Notes under the pieces: model-generated
The model's database searches: none
What the model was told of the DNA's origin: nothing
Seen by the model: only the letters and a program-made list of their open reading frames with translations
Position numbers and translations under genes: made by a program
In this document: one piece after another, positions 9,074-18,307 of the stretch
Position numbering within the stretch: the first letter of the stretch is position 1
How the letters are laid out: the number at the start of each line of letters is the position of its first letter
IMG/VR virus record: IMGVR_UViG_3300047471_000325
Coordinates: 1,927 to 65,926 of that record
Source: a virus
Lineage: Duplodnaviria; Caudoviricetes
Strand: one strand, 5' to 3'
DNA: 64,000 nucleotides

Positions 9074-9403
9074 ATGACCTCGATTACGGATCGGAACAAG
9101 TACGATGGAGTGGACCGTCGCCTACCAGATGCTGGTACCCTCGAAGGCTTGCCGTGGCTCGTCAAGGCCGTCGGCTTCGTAGGGTTTCCAGCAGCGGTCG
9201 CCGCGTACTTGATTTGGATAGGGTCTGCATCACTACCATCGATTCAGGCAAGCGTCCAAGTGCTGACTGCTGACAACAAGAGGATCATCGAACTCGTGTC
9301 TGATCACGTCCGACAGCAGGAAGAAGTCCTTCGCATGCTGCAACGTGTCTGTAGTAATACGGCGAAGAATGACGTCGAAAAACAAAGGTGCTTTGACAGA
9401 TGA
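9074..9403 (+). CDS. Membrane protein with coiled coil (BhlA-like holin shape)
   Basis: 'VGFVGFPAAVAAYLIWI' TM then amphipathic helix. Confidence 0.55.
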   Translation: MTSITDRNKYDGVDRRLPDAGTLEGLPWLVKAVGFVGFPAAVAAYLIWIGSASLPSIQASVQVLTADNKRIIELVSDHVRQQEEVLRMLQRVCSNTAKNDVEKQRCFDR

Positions 9404-9416
9404 GGGAGAAGCAGCG

Positions 9417-9767
9417 ATGCTTCGAACGTTGAGCAGCGTCATTAGGTCGGCGTTCTTTATCGTCAGCATTGCTATTACCGTGACCTACTTGCTCGCGAAC
9501 CGGATTGCTGTCTATCGACTGACGACTGAGGTGGCGCTTCTGCACGCGAAGTTCAACGCGTATCTGATCACAGAAGAACAGCGCGACCAGACCTTTCGAG
9601 ACGAGCTGACGACATTAGAGAAGACGATTTATTCGCCGCCGACGATAGAGAAGGATACTATCCGCAAGCCCGCCGCCGTCGAGCAGTGGATGGTGAACTC
9701 GGACAATGACCTGCGCAAGCGAATCGTGGCACTGGAGCAGTGGCGAATGAAGCAGGAGGCAAAGTGA
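9417..9767 (+). CDS. N-terminally anchored coiled-coil membrane protein
   Basis: GGAGAAGCAGCG before ATG 9417; one TM segment. Confidence 0.55.
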   Translation: MLRTLSSVIRSAFFIVSIAITVTYLLANRIAVYRLTTEVALLHAKFNAYLITEEQRDQTFRDELTTLEKTIYSPPTIEKDTIRKPAAVEQWMVNSDNDLRKRIVALEQWRMKQEAK

Positions 9768-10144
9768 TCTTCTTGCTTCTCCAGCTCGCGCTGCCAAACG
9801 CGATGACACCTGGACTCATACGCGGACTGACGCAAGAGCAGATTTGTGCAACGAAGTGGGGCGCTGATCGCAGGCATGTGACGCCAGCGATGCGGCAAGA
9901 AGTTTTAAGACGTTACAGGCTCGATCATATTGATGCACGCGGTAAGGGAGTCTGCTGCGAGATCGACCACAAAGTGCCGCGCGAGCTTGGCGGAGCAGAC
10001 GACCCTTCGAACCTCTGGCCGCAACCGTGGGCCGAGGCTGCACTGAAGGATGCTGAAGAGAATTTCTATCATCGAGCAGTCTGTGCTGGCACGATGACGC
10101 TCTTTGCCGCGCAGTACCACTTCATGCATTGGGGTGAAGAATGA
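9764..10144 (+). CDS. HNH-like nuclease-fold protein with short hydrophobic N-terminus
   Basis: 'EIDHKVPRELGGADDPSNLWPQP'. Confidence 0.7.
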   Translation: MIFLLLQLALPNAMTPGLIRGLTQEQICATKWGADRRHVTPAMRQEVLRRYRLDHIDARGKGVCCEIDHKVPRELGGADDPSNLWPQPWAEAALKDAEENFYHRAVCAGTMTLFAAQYHFMHWGEE

Positions 10145-10377
10145 GGAACGCATCCGCACGCTGGTCGGCACTCTCAACGATCCTGACCTACGTCGAGCGG
10201 TGCCTAGAGGCGACTTGTCGGATGGACGATCCTCGGAGCACAAACGCCGTAGACTATGGCGCACCGATCGGCGAGCGCATCGACGCGGCGCAGCGAAAGG
10301 TCAGTAAAGAGTTGAACCGACTGACCGTCGAACTGCTGATGCGAGACTTGGCCAAGAAGAAGAGGAAGGCGGCATGA
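10141..10377 (+). CDS. Hypothetical protein
   Basis: Coupled ORF in the operon. Confidence 0.5.
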   Translation: MRNASARWSALSTILTYVERCLEATCRMDDPRSTNAVDYGAPIGERIDAAQRKVSKELNRLTVELLMRDLAKKKRKAA

Positions 10378-10631
10378 CTCCTGTTGAACCTACTTTGCAC
10401 GACAAAGCGCGATTAGTGCTCTTCGCGAAAGATCAACCAGAGTATATTCCGCTGCCTGCATCGGTCGATGACGACGGCGTGGTGATGACCGAGTGGGAAC
10501 CGACTGAGGTGGAACTTGATCGGCTGCTCAGTGGCGGCCGCATCCGCCTCTGGGTGCATACATTCGGACATCCGCTGCAGCCGGTGAATGTCGAGGCCAT
10601 CGAGCCAGAGTGCGGAATGAGGGGCGAATGA
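10374..10631 (+). CDS. Conserved-looking small phage protein
   Basis: 'FAKDQPEYIPLPA...VMTEWEPT..E..RL..GGRIRLWV.TFG.PLQPV'. Confidence 0.65.
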   Translation: MTPVEPTLHDKARLVLFAKDQPEYIPLPASVDDDGVVMTEWEPTEVELDRLLSGGRIRLWVHTFGHPLQPVNVEAIEPECGMRGE

Positions 10632-12388
10632 CCGAAGCGACACTCTCATACGTGAAGGCGGTCTTGGGGAAGAAGTCCGAGTCTCGTTCTTTGCACCTCC
10701 TTGGCGCTACCGGCAAGGCAACCATCGAGATGGACGGGAAGACTGAATATCTCGTCGTCCCAGTCGTCGCGCTGATGGAAGGCGTGATCCACGCCGTGAA
10801 CGCCGAGACGCCAGAGTTCGTACCCTTCGAGACGCTGGAGAAGTGCGCCGAGAGCTGGAACGGCAAACCGATTACGATCGGGCACCCGAAGGGGAGCGAC
10901 GGGAAACAGTGCTCAGCACAAGACGACGGCATCATCCGCGCGGTCGGCATCGGCAAGATTCGCAATGCGCACGTTGACGTCGCTTCGAAGAAGATGCTGA
11001 TGGAGGCGCTCATCGATACGTCGAAGGCGAAGAAGCTTCACCCGGACATGTATCAGCGACTCGCTGAGGGTGGGACTGAAGAAGTCTCAGTCGGCGCAAT
11101 GGTCGTCACAGACCACAAGCCCGGACTCTGGAACAAAGTCAAGAAGTATCTTGGCACGTGGACGCACGCCGAGGGCGATCACCTCGCGTTCCTGCCTGGT
11201 GGACGCGGCGCGTGCAGCGTCGAGATGGGCTGCGGGACGCATCGGGCGGCGATGCGGGTGTGTGAGGGCGACATGAAGTTAGAGACGCTGCGCGACATTC
11301 CACAGAGCGAGCGCGACAAGATGAGCGAGTCGGACTTCGCCGGACCCGATGAGACATACCCTATCAAGACGCAGGCCGACGTCGAAGCGGCCGCACACTT
11401 GATTGGTAAGGCGAAAGACCCCGCTGCCGTCAAGGCGAAGGTAATCTCCATTGCGAAAAAGAAGGGCCTGAAGCTGCCCGACGCGTGGATGAAGGCGGCG
11501 TCGAATCCCGAGGGGATCAATCAATATACGCAAGGCGGCGGAGGTGGCGGGCTTCCGACAAACAAAGGCAGCGGGGCCGGATCCAAAGGTGGCATCCCGC
11601 GCGGCGGACATACGGGGGCAACGACGTCTACGAAGCAAGGCGACACGACGCACTACCGCGGCGAAGGTGGGCATTACAGCGTCCAAAGTTCATACTCCCA
11701 CATGAGTACGGATAAGCAGGTTCCGACTGTATTTTCACATACACATTTTTCTCACGGTCTTGGAAGTACCGCTGCGCCGCACAGCACGCATGCATCTATG
11801 TCGGCCGCCCACGAAACTGCCAACAGGCTCGCGTCTACACCCGGGGCGCGTAACCTTGAGGACGGCGACACCACAGAGCAAGAGACCGCAGAAGAGTCTG
11901 CTGAACTCACGATGTATCAGACGATGCGTTCACTCTGGGATTCGAGCGACAAGACATGGGATGAGATGAGCACGTTGATCGATGCGCTCATCGCCGATGA
12001 GACTGAGAGCCCAACTGAGACGCCTGCTGAAGAAGATGCAGAAGAGACGGTTGAGACTGCGCGACTTGAATCGATTCGTGCGCTCTGCTCCGCGATGATG
12101 GGCTGCTGCCAAGGCATCTTGAGTGCGACTTACTCGCAGTCGCTGGCTGAAGATCCACCAACGATGCGCGGCTACGCAGGCGCACGGCACAACATGGCTG
12201 ATACGAAAGCGATCCAAGCGGTCCACGACCACTCGATGTCACTTGGCGCCGTCTGTGATCGGAGCAATTACAAACAGCTCGAAGGCAATTTGGAGGATGC
12301 GCCAGTCAAATTGGACGTCTCTAAAATGAGTGACCCTGTCCGATTTTATATAGAGTCGGTCCGTCAGCGTGCGGCGGGAGCACGGTAA
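10628..12388 (+). CDS. Prohead protease / scaffold (DUF2213 like) with inserted domains
   Basis: 'WNGKPITIGHP', 'EVSVG', 'DHLAFLPGGRGACS...GCG'. Confidence 0.8.
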   Translation: MTEATLSYVKAVLGKKSESRSLHLLGATGKATIEMDGKTEYLVVPVVALMEGVIHAVNAETPEFVPFETLEKCAESWNGKPITIGHPKGSDGKQCSAQDDGIIRAVGIGKIRNAHVDVASKKMLMEALIDTSKAKKLHPDMYQRLAEGGTEEVSVGAMVVTDHKPGLWNKVKKYLGTWTHAEGDHLAFLPGGRGACSVEMGCGTHRAAMRVCEGDMKLETLRDIPQSERDKMSESDFAGPDETYPIKTQADVEAAAHLIGKAKDPAAVKAKVISIAKKKGLKLPDAWMKAASNPEGINQYTQGGGGGGLPTNKGSGAGSKGGIPRGGHTGATTSTKQGDTTHYRGEGGHYSVQSSYSHMSTDKQVPTVFSHTHFSHGLGSTAAPHSTHASMSAAHETANRLASTPGARNLEDGDTTEQETAEESAELTMYQTMRSLWDSSDKTWDEMSTLIDALIADETESPTETPAEEDAEETVETARLESIRALCSAMMGCCQGILSATYSQSLAEDPPTMRGYAGARHNMADTKAIQAVHDHSMSLGAVCDRSNYKQLEGNLEDAPVKLDVSKMSDPVRFYIESVRQRAAGAR

Positions 12389-12993
12389 TGTGCGTAGATA
12401 ATGCAGCCTGCACGTGCGGCTGCGGAGGTAGAAAGATGGATCGAGACGAACTTATTGCAGCGCTCGTGACCGACAAGTATTCGGGGTTCAAGACCGGCGA
12501 CGAAGCCATTCTGGCAACGGCATCCGACGTGCGGTTGGATGAATTTCGCACCGCGGCGGAAGCGAATCGTACGACGCACAGCAATATCGTGAAGATGGAA
12601 GGCGATCAGCGCCAGACGGCGGCACGACTCAAGGTCGCCGAAGATCGCATCGTGAAGCTCGAACAGCCTATGACTGACGACGAGTTCATCCAGCGTGCGC
12701 CGACGTCGGTAAAGGCGGTACTTGAGGCACGCGCCGCAGAAGAAGCCTCACTGAAGGCCTCGCTCGTGAACTCGCTGAAGGATCTCGGCGGCGAGACAGA
12801 AGAGGTCCTTAAGAAGCGCTCGATTCCTGAGCTGCAGACGCTGGCGCAGTATGCGCGCATCAAGGTGTTAGACTTCAGCGGCAAGGGAGTCCCGATGGAG
12901 CGCTATGCCGCAGACAAGCACGCGACCTATGCGCCGCCTGACCCGTATAAGGAGGGCCTCGAGCGGATGCGCGCAGCCGAGTCGAAGCACTAA
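12388..12993 (+). CDS. Capsid scaffolding protein (probable)
   Basis: Helical, charged; lies between protease and decoration/capsid genes. Confidence 0.6.
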   Translation: MCVDNAACTCGCGGRKMDRDELIAALVTDKYSGFKTGDEAILATASDVRLDEFRTAAEANRTTHSNIVKMEGDQRQTAARLKVAEDRIVKLEQPMTDDEFIQRAPTSVKAVLEARAAEEASLKASLVNSLKDLGGETEEVLKKRSIPELQTLAQYARIKVLDFSGKGVPMERYAADKHATYAPPDPYKEGLERMRAAESKH

Positions 12994-13041
12994 AACAATT
13001 TTGGGTGATCCGAAGTCGAGGTCACAAAGGAGATAGAGGCA

Positions 13042-13482
13042 ATGTCGATCACGAGACTCAATCCGAACACCATCTTCCTCGGCGGGGAGCGCATTCAGGT
13101 CAACGACCTGGCATGCTCCGAGGTTGTCACACCCGGTCAGATCGTCGAGCGCTTCAACAACGGCGGTATCATCCGGTGGAGGAAGAACACGATCGTCACG
13201 GGCAACCTGCCGTGCGCGGTGGCTTGCGAGCACTCGATGGCGAATAAGGGCGTCGATGATACGTATGCGGCCAATGACCTCGTCGAGGTCAGCATCGTGC
13301 AGCCCGGAGGCGCGTTCTGGGGCTACATTGCGTCGGGGCAGAATATCGTCGCCGGCAACCAGCTGCAGACGGTCAGTGGTGGCACGCTGGCGATCTACAG
13401 CTCGGGTTCACTGGTCGCGACGGCGCTTGAGAACAAGGCGAACGTCAACGTGCTGACGCGCATCCGCTGCGAGGCCGTGTAA
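13042..13482 (+). CDS. Head decoration / capsid cement protein
   Basis: Small beta-rich protein immediately upstream of the MCP; 'VTPGQIVE...GQNIVAGNQL..VATALE'. Confidence 0.7.
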   Translation: MSITRLNPNTIFLGGERIQVNDLACSEVVTPGQIVERFNNGGIIRWRKNTIVTGNLPCAVACEHSMANKGVDDTYAANDLVEVSIVQPGGAFWGYIASGQNIVAGNQLQTVSGGTLAIYSSGSLVATALENKANVNVLTRIRCEAV

Positions 13483-13549
13483 ACAACAGATTGACCCTGG
13501 TGCGCCAGGGCAGAATGAGTGTGACGCCCAGCGCGTCAGGAGGCTTTCG

Positions 13550-14659
13550 ATGGGAAACGAGATGAGATTTCGGGTAGCAGGATCGGGCGCGAGCCCGCTC
13601 AACGACATCGTCACGCGGTCGCTGATGGAGACGGGAGGATGGTCGATCGAGGCCATGCGCGCTCCAGGCTTCCGCATGATGGAAGCGGCAGAGAACGAGA
13701 TGCGTGAGTTCAGGACTCTGGCGCCCTTGATGGACAAGGCGCAGGTCAGCATCGATAAGGCAGTGGTCGAGGTCGGGCTTCAGCGCCTGACGCTTGTCGC
13801 CGACATGATGGCGGCGGGAATGACCTACACGCTGAGCGATCCACTCTCGATTGCGCAGCTCGAATGGAGCACGCAGTCGAAGATTGGTGCGGCGCAAAGG
13901 ACGATGAGCCCGGCAGCACGCGGTGAGAGCAAGCTGCCGATCATCACGCCGAACCGCCTGCCGATCTACCTCACGACCGACCAGTTCGAGATCGACATCC
14001 GCACGTTGAAGACCTCACAGCGCGTCGGCACTCCGCTCGATACGGCGATCGTGAAGCAGTGCGTGCGGGCCGTCAACGAAGCGGTCGAGGACGCGATGAT
14101 CAACGGCGCCACGACGCTGGACGGTCAGAACCTGCAGGATGCAGGCTATACCGCTCCGGGACTGCTGAACGCGCCGAACGTCAACACGAAGGCGAACCTC
14201 ACGGCGGCGGCGTGGACGACCACGCCAGTCGGCTCGACGGTGTTTAACGAAGTGATGGCGATGATCAACATCCTGCAGGCGGACAAGAAGTTCGGACCCT
14301 ACCGCCTCTACGTTGGTACGCAGATCGGCAATACGATGGACACCGACTACAACTCGGGCACATCGAATCCGATTACCATCCGGCAGCGCCTCCTGCAGAT
14401 CGAATCGCTGCAGGCCGTGCGCGTGGCGGACTTGCTGACCTCGGGCAACGGCGCGACGCCGTCCATCGGCAACAAGGTCGTGCTGATGCAGATGACGTCT
14501 GACGTTGCGGACGTGGTCGTTGGTCAGGCGCCGACGGTCATCCCCTGGACATCGCTCGATGGGTTCATGATCCACAACCTCGTGATGGCGATCATGGTTC
14601 CTCGCGTTCGCTCGGATGCTGACGGCAACTCGGGCATCTGCGTTGGAACAACCGCGTAA
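13550..14659 (+). CDS. Major capsid protein (HK97 fold, encapsulin/Linocin-like branch)
   Basis: 369 aa; 'FEIDIRTLKTS..GTPLDT', 'GLLNAP', 'MVPRVRSDADGNSGI'; position in head module. Confidence 0.85.
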   Translation: MGNEMRFRVAGSGASPLNDIVTRSLMETGGWSIEAMRAPGFRMMEAAENEMREFRTLAPLMDKAQVSIDKAVVEVGLQRLTLVADMMAAGMTYTLSDPLSIAQLEWSTQSKIGAAQRTMSPAARGESKLPIITPNRLPIYLTTDQFEIDIRTLKTSQRVGTPLDTAIVKQCVRAVNEAVEDAMINGATTLDGQNLQDAGYTAPGLLNAPNVNTKANLTAAAWTTTPVGSTVFNEVMAMINILQADKKFGPYRLYVGTQIGNTMDTDYNSGTSNPITIRQRLLQIESLQAVRVADLLTSGNGATPSIGNKVVLMQMTSDVADVVVGQAPTVIPWTSLDGFMIHNLVMAIMVPRVRSDADGNSGICVGTTA

Positions 14660-14667
14660 GATTGGAG

Positions 14668-14692
14668 GGGCGAGGTCACGACTGACTCGCCC
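14668..14692 (+). terminator. Hairpin after the MCP gene (possible terminator or mRNA stabiliser)
   Basis: GGGCGAG...CTCGCCC; no U-tract. Confidence 0.35.
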
Positions 14693-14700
14693 AACACCCG

Positions 14701-14967
14701 ATGGCACAAGAAGTCGTCCCATTCATCGCGAAGCCAGTCGGCTGGAAGCGCTGCTTCGCGTGCAAGGACTACAAGCGGCACCCTGGCAAGATGTGGTTGG
14801 GATATAACCATGCGACGCACGAGGACATCATGATTGACTGTCCGCAGTGCAAAGGAACCGGGCAAATTGAGGTCCTCAAGCACTATGATGTGCGCACGGG
14901 CCTTGAGATCGATTACGAGCGACCAGATCAGAAGTTTGTGTACCTAGGAGAAGAACCGCATGGCTGA
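14701..14967 (+). CDS. Small zinc-finger protein
   Basis: CFAC...CPQCKGTG. Confidence 0.65.
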   Translation: MAQEVVPFIAKPVGWKRCFACKDYKRHPGKMWLGYNHATHEDIMIDCPQCKGTGQIEVLKHYDVRTGLEIDYERPDQKFVYLGEEPHG

Positions 14968-15457
14968 TCGCACGTATACGGTATCGGGTGACAACATCTC
15001 GGTGACAGGTTCGCCGAAACTCGTCTGGCTCAATCCGTCTGCCGCAGGCGCAGGCGTACCTGGCTTCGAACTATTGCGCGCATGGGTTGGACAGCGAGCG
15101 GATACGACGAGTCGTCAACAGGGCGTCTCGATTGGCACGAAGGTCTCAGCATTCCCCACGATGGTTGGCGCGACACCAGCGAAGAGTTCGCTTGGACTGC
15201 CGGTAGCGAACTTAGTCAGTGGCACTGGAGCGGCGGGCACGGCCGGCATCAATAGTTCGGTAGACGGTGCTGGCACGGAGGTCAACGTCTATCCGGACAA
15301 CTTTAACACGCTGGTTGGACATCTCTGGGTGCCGACGCAAGAAGAGCGCATGCAATTCATGCCAGGTGGCACGAGTGGATGGTTTTATCGGTTTACAGCG
15401 ACGCCGGGTTCGACGTCCGGATGGTCGTTCGGCGCCGTGTACAGAGAAATCGGATAA
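14960..15457 (+). CDS. Probable virion structural protein (G/S/T rich)
   Basis: Beta-rich composition within the late operon. Confidence 0.6.
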   Translation: MADRTYTVSGDNISVTGSPKLVWLNPSAAGAGVPGFELLRAWVGQRADTTSRQQGVSIGTKVSAFPTMVGATPAKSSLGLPVANLVSGTGAAGTAGINSSVDGAGTEVNVYPDNFNTLVGHLWVPTQEERMQFMPGGTSGWFYRFTATPGSTSGWSFGAVYREIG

Positions 15458-15475
15458 TTTCACAAAGGAGCGACG

Positions 15476-16132
15476 ATGTCATTCAAGCAGGGCGAGAAAA
15501 TCCGGATGCACGATGGCAGCATCCGTCGCGTTGGGAAAGACGGCAAGCTGCCGAAGATGGGGCGGAAACGAACTGGAGATGGCATCTCGATTCGAGGCTT
15601 CGTGCGCGGCGCACTGGTCGACTGCATCTCTGGCGAAGAGCAGGTCGGCGACTGGCACGAGAACGTCATCACGACCTACGGTCATGGCGCGGTGATTCGC
15701 GCGTTCGTCGGGCTGCAGTCGTCGCAGGGCTCGACTGCATCGAGCGCGGCGACCGTGCTGACCGACCTCGGGCTGGCGCGCTTCTGGGCTGTCGGCCACA
15801 TGACTGAGGCACAGTCGTCGAACTTCTCGACGAAGTCGGCGATTGATAGCTCTGAGCAGGGCACAGCGTCGACGTCGGGCTCGACGGCTGGCGGAGCGCG
15901 AGCGACGGTGAGCGCCGGCATTCAGTCGCTGGCGGCGACGTGGACGCTCTCACAGAGCTTCCAGTACGTCTCGACGGCGATCAGTAACGCAGTGACGATC
16001 AACGCCATTGCACAGTACCACAACGCGACTGTCGGATCGGGGACGGCGCTGAGCATTGCGACGTTCGCGAGCAGCACGAAGGGAACGACCCAGGCACTCA
16101 ACATCACATATAACTGGGTCTTCAGCACATAG
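15476..16132 (+). CDS. Probable virion structural protein (very S/T/A rich)
   Basis: 'HENVITTYG...LNITYNWVF' resembles collar/fibre N-terminal domains. Confidence 0.6.
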   Translation: MSFKQGEKIRMHDGSIRRVGKDGKLPKMGRKRTGDGISIRGFVRGALVDCISGEEQVGDWHENVITTYGHGAVIRAFVGLQSSQGSTASSAATVLTDLGLARFWAVGHMTEAQSSNFSTKSAIDSSEQGTASTSGSTAGGARATVSAGIQSLAATWTLSQSFQYVSTAISNAVTINAIAQYHNATVGSGTALSIATFASSTKGTTQALNITYNWVFST

Positions 16133-16178
16133 CACGGGTGCCGGTCTCGCTGGCCGGCACTCACCTTAAGGAGCAGCA

Positions 16179-16427
16179 ATGACGAAGAAGCAGAACGAAG
16201 CACAGAACAAAGGACCGATGCAAGTCAATATCAACGCGCTGAACGATGGCACGGTCTCACTCGTGTTTACGAGATCCCTTACACAATTCACAGCTGGCGC
16301 AAACGAGATGGTGCAGCTCGGGGTGAACCTGATCAAGGCGGCACAGGTCGCATTGATGCAACAAGAGCAGAATAGCGTCCGCGGTGCTGACTACATCGCG
16401 ACCGTCCAGCCGTTGAGGAAGATGTGA
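16179..16427 (+). CDS. Hypothetical protein
   Basis: AGGAGCAGCA directly before ATG; preceded by a GC hairpin at 16136-16162. Confidence 0.65.
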   Translation: MTKKQNEAQNKGPMQVNINALNDGTVSLVFTRSLTQFTAGANEMVQLGVNLIKAAQVALMQQEQNSVRGADYIATVQPLRKM

Positions 16428-17026
16428 CGCTTCCAAGAGGCGGCATCGTACTCGATAAACCGCACATGACTCCGAAGCAAGTCAAGAAGCTTCTCGCCCG
16501 CAAGAAGGGCATCCTTCTCGACATCTCACTCGGCGGCGAGACGCAGCCACGAAGCGTACACATGTCACCAATGGGAGACCTGAAGTACGATCCGACGTGG
16601 CGTGCGCTTGGGCCGCACTTCCACCAGAAGTTCCCGCTTCCTGATTCATGCGTCCACACGGCCGTCGTCACGCACGTCCTCGAATATCTTGCACCGCAAC
16701 AGTTCTTCACGTGGTGGGACGAACTCCACCGCGTGATGCAGCCGAGCGGCATCGTGTACGTGAGCGGCCCCTACGGCGGTGACGAGTCATGCGGGTGGAT
16801 CTCTGACCCGCAGCACGTCACGCGCGTCATCGAGCAGAGCTTCGCGTGGCTCGATCCAAGGACGCCGTTCTACGAGGTGCATGACAACCTTGGGCGGCCG
16901 CGACCGAAGCCCTGGCACCCGCTCACGCTCTCGCGCGTGCCCGGTGCGCATGGGACGCTGAGCTACAACGTGACGCTCCAGAAGCCGAAGCAGGAAGCAT
17001 TGCGTAAGAAGGAGAAGAAGCGATGA
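16424..17026 (+). CDS. Class I SAM-dependent methyltransferase
   Basis: 'LLDISLGG', 'FPLPDSCV....THVLEY', 'ELHRVMQPSG', 'DPQHV'. Confidence 0.75.
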   Translation: MTLPRGGIVLDKPHMTPKQVKKLLARKKGILLDISLGGETQPRSVHMSPMGDLKYDPTWRALGPHFHQKFPLPDSCVHTAVVTHVLEYLAPQQFFTWWDELHRVMQPSGIVYVSGPYGGDESCGWISDPQHVTRVIEQSFAWLDPRTPFYEVHDNLGRPRPKPWHPLTLSRVPGAHGTLSYNVTLQKPKQEALRKKEKKR

Positions 17027-17256
17027 GTATTAACGATTCGAAGAGTACCGATGACCTAATGATTAGTAAAGAAACACTTGAATATATCGAACGTTATATC
17101 TCCGGCTGTGAGTGTGCCTGGCTTGGCGGAAAGCGTTATCACGATTGCATGTGTATGGTACATGGTGAGCCATCACAGAAGAATGATAGTTCCGCTGCAG
17201 AAGCGCTCCAGAAGCCGAAGCAGGAAGCATTGCGTAAGAAGGAGAAGAAGCGATGA
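16974..17256 (+). repeat. Perfect 53-nt direct repeat (16974-17026 and 17204-17256)
   Basis: CGCTCCAGAAGCCGAAGCAGGAAGCATTGCGTAAGAAGGAGAAGAAGCGATGA twice, 230 nt apart. Confidence 0.95.
17023..17256 (+). CDS. Inserted small Cys-rich protein sharing its C-terminus with the upstream methyltransferase
   Basis: Bounded by the 53-nt repeat; visibly more AT rich. Confidence 0.6.
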   Translation: MSINDSKSTDDLMISKETLEYIERYISGCECAWLGGKRYHDCMCMVHGEPSQKNDSSAAEALQKPKQEALRKKEKKR

Positions 17257-17522
17257 TCGACGCACAAGATATCGCAGACCGTACGAAGAATGCGTTCAGT
17301 TATACACGCTTCGGACGAGCGCGTTGGATAGCTATCACTCGAATCCTCCTTAACCACGGCTTTGACGCGCAACAAGCTGAAATCATACTGCGCTCGAAGT
17401 TCATGCGCTGGGCGATGGACTCTATTGGCGAAGATATGAGCGCGGAGGAATTTGCTCAGGCTCTCGATGCTGAAGGAAACTTGAATCTGGCATGGGACAT
17501 CGTGCAGGAAGTGACACGATGA
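17253..17522 (+). CDS. Hypothetical protein
   Basis: ATGA-coupled at both ends. Confidence 0.6.
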   Translation: MIDAQDIADRTKNAFSYTRFGRARWIAITRILLNHGFDAQQAEIILRSKFMRWAMDSIGEDMSAEEFAQALDAEGNLNLAWDIVQEVTR

Positions 17523-18307
17523 GCGACTACAAGCCGCTCACCGTCGTCGATGACGAAACCGCCTGCCCGACCGAGGTGCTGATCGAGCGCATCAAGCAGT
17601 CGCGCGAGCAGAACGCCGACCTGCTCCAGCGCTACCACGACCTCTGGTACTCCTCGGGCCACACGTGGCACTATACGCACTTCCTCGGCGTGGGGATGAT
17701 GAAGTGCCCGAACGACATCTGGATGTATCAAGACCTGATGACGAAACTGTGCCCGCAGGTCGTCATCGAGACTGGCACCTATCAGGGCGGGTCGGCGTTG
17801 TGGTTCGCGTTCTTGATGGACATGTTGCGGATCAAGGACGGTAAGGTACTGACAGTCGATATCCATGACTACCGGAAGACGTGGCTCGTCGAGCATCCGC
17901 GCATTACCTACATCGAGGGTAACAGTGCTGATCCGGCGATCAGAGATCTGATCTCTGAGAAGTCTGGAGTCTGGCAGTCTGACTTAGCAGGTCCACCGAG
18001 TATCAATACGCGGACGTTCTCGACACTCGTCGTCCTCGACTCAGACCATTCAGCGGAGCATGTCTACAATGAACTCACTCTCTACGCCCCAATGCTCAGA
18101 GTCGGCGACTGGCTCGTGGTGGAAGATACAAACATTGGCTGGACAGATAACAACGGCGGAGGTGATCGAGGAGCCCGAGGCGGCGTGCAAGATTACATGG
18201 ACCAGCACCCAGGCGAGTTTACTCAAGATCTACTTTCTGAACGTTATCTATTGACCATGAATCCGGGCGGATGGATGCAGCGCGTGAAGGAGCACGGTCA
18301 TGTCTGA
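17519..18307 (+). CDS. CmcI / rhamnosyl O-methyltransferase family protein
   Basis: 'KCPNDIWMYQDL...PQVVIETGTYQGGSALW', 'LDSDHSAEHV', 'LVVEDT'. Confidence 0.9.
   Translation: MSDYKPLTVVDDETACPTEVLIERIKQSREQNADLLQRYHDLWYSSGHTWHYTHFLGVGMMKCPNDIWMYQDLMTKLCPQVVIETGTYQGGSALWFAFLMDMLRIKDGKVLTVDIHDYRKTWLVEHPRITYIEGNSADPAIRDLISEKSGVWQSDLAGPPSINTRTFSTLVVLDSDHSAEHVYNELTLYAPMLRVGDWLVVEDTNIGWTDNNGGGDRGARGGVQDYMDQHPGEFTQDLLSERYLLTMNPGGWMQRVKEHGHV

Noticed and set aside
13550-14659. Encapsulin or bacteriocin
   Set aside because: The terminase-portal-protease-tail context shows it is the phage major capsid protein.
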